Source of the DNA: a bacterium | GTDB taxonomy: Bacteria; UBA8248 | Reading direction: 5' to 3' | NCBI GenBank assembly: GCA_965199855.1 | Contig: OZ241326.1 | Location: 1,536,001 to 1,600,000 of the forward strand | DNA length: 64,000 bases | Shown: piece by piece, positions 62,446 through 64,000 of the stretch | Numbering within the stretch: position 1 is the stretch's first letter | Layout of the letters: each line of letters opens with the position of its first letter | Made by a program: the position numbers and the translations under genes | Notes under the pieces: generated by a model | Databases searched by the model: none | Told to the model about the DNA's origin: nothing | What the model saw: only the letters and a program-made list of their open reading frames with translations

Positions 62446-63746
62446 TGCTCCATGTCCTCGACGGCGCGGTTGGTGACGCGCTTTTTCCGGTGCTTTTTCG
62501 GAACCCGCCTTTCCAGGGGAGGGAAAAGGCCGTAGTTGATGTTCATGGGCTGGAAGTTCTTCGGGCTCGCCTCGACGATGTAGCGGTTCAGCGCGCCGAG
62601 GGCGGTCGTCGCGGGCGGGGGCGGGACGGGTTCTCCGCGGATGGCGGCGGCCGCGTTGATTCCCGCGAGAAGGCCGATGGCGGCCGATTCGAGGTAGCCT
62701 TCGACGCCCGTGAGCTGGCCCGCCAGGAAGACGTTCGGGTGTCGCTTGAGCTGCAGGGTCGTCCGCAGGAGGCGCGGCGCGTTCACGTAGGTGTTGCGGT
62801 GGAGGCTCCCGTAGCGCAGGAAGCGCGCGCCTTGCAGGGCGGGGAGGGTCGAGAAGATGCGCTTCTGCTCCGGGTAGCGTAGCCGGGTCTGAAAGCCCAC
62901 CATGGAGAAGTAGTCTCCCGTCAAATCCTCGCGCCTGAGCTGGACGACCGCCGCGTATGTTTCTCCCGTCTCGGGATGCTCCAGTCCCACGGGCTTCATG
63001 GGGCCGAACGAGAGGGTGTCCTTTCCGCGGGCGGCCATTTCCTCGAGGGGCAGGCACCCCTCGAAGTAGATGGCGCGCTCGAATTCGCGCAGGGGAATTT
63101 TCTCGCCGGCGAGGAGGTCGTCCACGAACCGGTAGTACTGGGATTCGTTGAGGCCGAGGTTGAGGTAGTCGCCCTCGCCGCCTTCCGCCTCGCCCTTTCC
63201 GTAGCGCGAGGCCAGGAACGCCATCGACATGTCGATGCTGTCCGCGTATAGAATCGGCGAGATGGCGTCGTAGAAATACAGGTATTTCCCCTGCGTGAGG
63301 CGGGCGATTTCGGCGGAAAGGGAATCGCTCGTCAGCGGGCCGGTGGCGATGATGGTGGTCGCCCCGCCGTCGAGGCTCCTCACTTCCTCCCGGTGCAGGG
63401 TGATTCCCGCGGCGCCTTCGATCTCCCGCGTGATCGTCCTGCTGAAGGAGGCGCGATCGACGGCGAGCGCCAGACCGGCGGGAACCCGGCAGGAATCCGC
63501 GCTTCGCAGGATGAGCGAGTCGAGCTTGCGCATTTCCTCCTTCAGGAGGCCCGAGGCGTTTTCCATGGAATTCGAGCGGAACGAATTCGAGCAGACGAGC
63601 TCCGCCAGCTCGTCGGTTTCATGCGCGGGCGTGCTGACGCGGGGGCGCATTTCGTAGAGATCGACCTCGACGCCGCGCCGCGCCGCCTGCCAGGCCGCCT
63701 CGCAGCCGGCGAGGCCGCCGCCGATGACCCGCAGTCTTTCGCTCAA
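62412..63746 (-). CDS. trmFO: methylenetetrahydrofolate-tRNA-(uracil-5-)-methyltransferase TrmFO
   Basis: VIGGGLAGCEAAWQ, AELVCSNS, ATGPLT, FEGCLP, FGPMKPVGL, AGQLTGVEGY.ESAA. Confidence 0.96.
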   Translation of the reverse strand: MSERLRVIGGGLAGCEAAWQAARRGVEVDLYEMRPRVSTPAHETDELAELVCSNSFRSNSMENASGLLKEEMRKLDSLILRSADSCRVPAGLALAVDRASFSRTITREIEGAAGITLHREEVRSLDGGATTIIATGPLTSDSLSAEIARLTQGKYLYFYDAISPILYADSIDMSMAFLASRYGKGEAEGGEGDYLNLGLNESQYYRFVDDLLAGEKIPLREFERAIYFEGCLPLEEMAARGKDTLSFGPMKPVGLEHPETGETYAAVVQLRREDLTGDYFSMVGFQTRLRYPEQKRIFSTLPALQGARFLRYGSLHRNTYVNAPRLLRTTLQLKRHPNVFLAGQLTGVEGYLESAAIGLLAGINAAAAIRGEPVPPPPATTALGALNRYIVEASPKNFQPMNINYGLFPPLERRVPKKHRKKRVTNRAVEDMEQWRSRLASRTA

Positions 63747-64000
63747 GCCGGCGCCTCCCGGGCGGAGGCGGCCTTGGAGGCTTCCATCCGCTCCATCAGC
63801 TCGGGCGGGCATTCGACCTCATGGCCGCAGTCCTTCTGGGGGCAGACGAGCCGGGTCCCGTCCTTTTTCGTCGTCTTGACGGAGAGAACGGGATGCCCGC
63901 AGGAGGGGCAGGGCCGGGCGACAGGCCAGTCCCACACGACCGTCTTGCAGGCCGGGAAGCGGCTGCACCCGTAGAAGGGCTTTCCGGTGCGGCGGGAGCG
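63743..64000 (-). CDS. topA: DNA topoisomerase I, C-terminal zinc ribbons (partial, window edge)
   Basis: RSRRTGKPFYGCSRFPACK..VW..P....CPSCG...C...C; lies directly upstream of trmFO. Confidence 0.88.
   Translation of the reverse strand, partial: RSRRTGKPFYGCSRFPACKTVVWDWPVARPCPSCGHPVLSVKTTKKDGTRLVCPQKDCGHEVECPPELMERMEASKAASAREAPA

Overview
High-GC bacterial chromosomal segment, almost all housekeeping genes, in an order reminiscent of Deltaproteobacteria/Nitrospinota-like lineages (taxonomy is inferred from synteny only). Order: dksA-like, lapAB-like, rpiB, nrdR, CoA-transferase, eno, FG-GAP protein, RidA, TPR protein, tkt, ctpA, tsaD, dusB, SDR, a small lower-GC accessory island (beta-class DNA methyltransferase fused to an HNH nuclease, plus two small membrane ORFs), LpoA-like lipoprotein, orphan pilM-aroB, aroQ-pepP-efp, livKHMGF, NIPSNAP, uppP-manC-dedA-algC, plsC-dciA-TPR-lolB-like-ispE, prs-rplY-pth-hppA, rpsF-ssb-rpsR-rplI, dnaB-alr-mlaF-tgt, yajC-secDF, and on the minus strand topA-trmFO-xerC-hslVU-argBDFG. 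I found no tRNA, rRNA, CRISPR array, transposase or prophage. The most notable non-routine signals are (i) the MTase-HNH fusion bracketed by a 10-bp direct repeat, (ii) a family of modular palindromic intergenic repeats (REP/REPIN/MITE-like) shared among four loci, (iii) a phased 21-bp triple repeat next to an AT-rich tract upstream of ctpA, (iv) an S6:S18-type RNA leader, and (v) several operons with their usual members missing. I cannot claim a clearly new multi-gene system from sequence alone. All alignments were done by eye.
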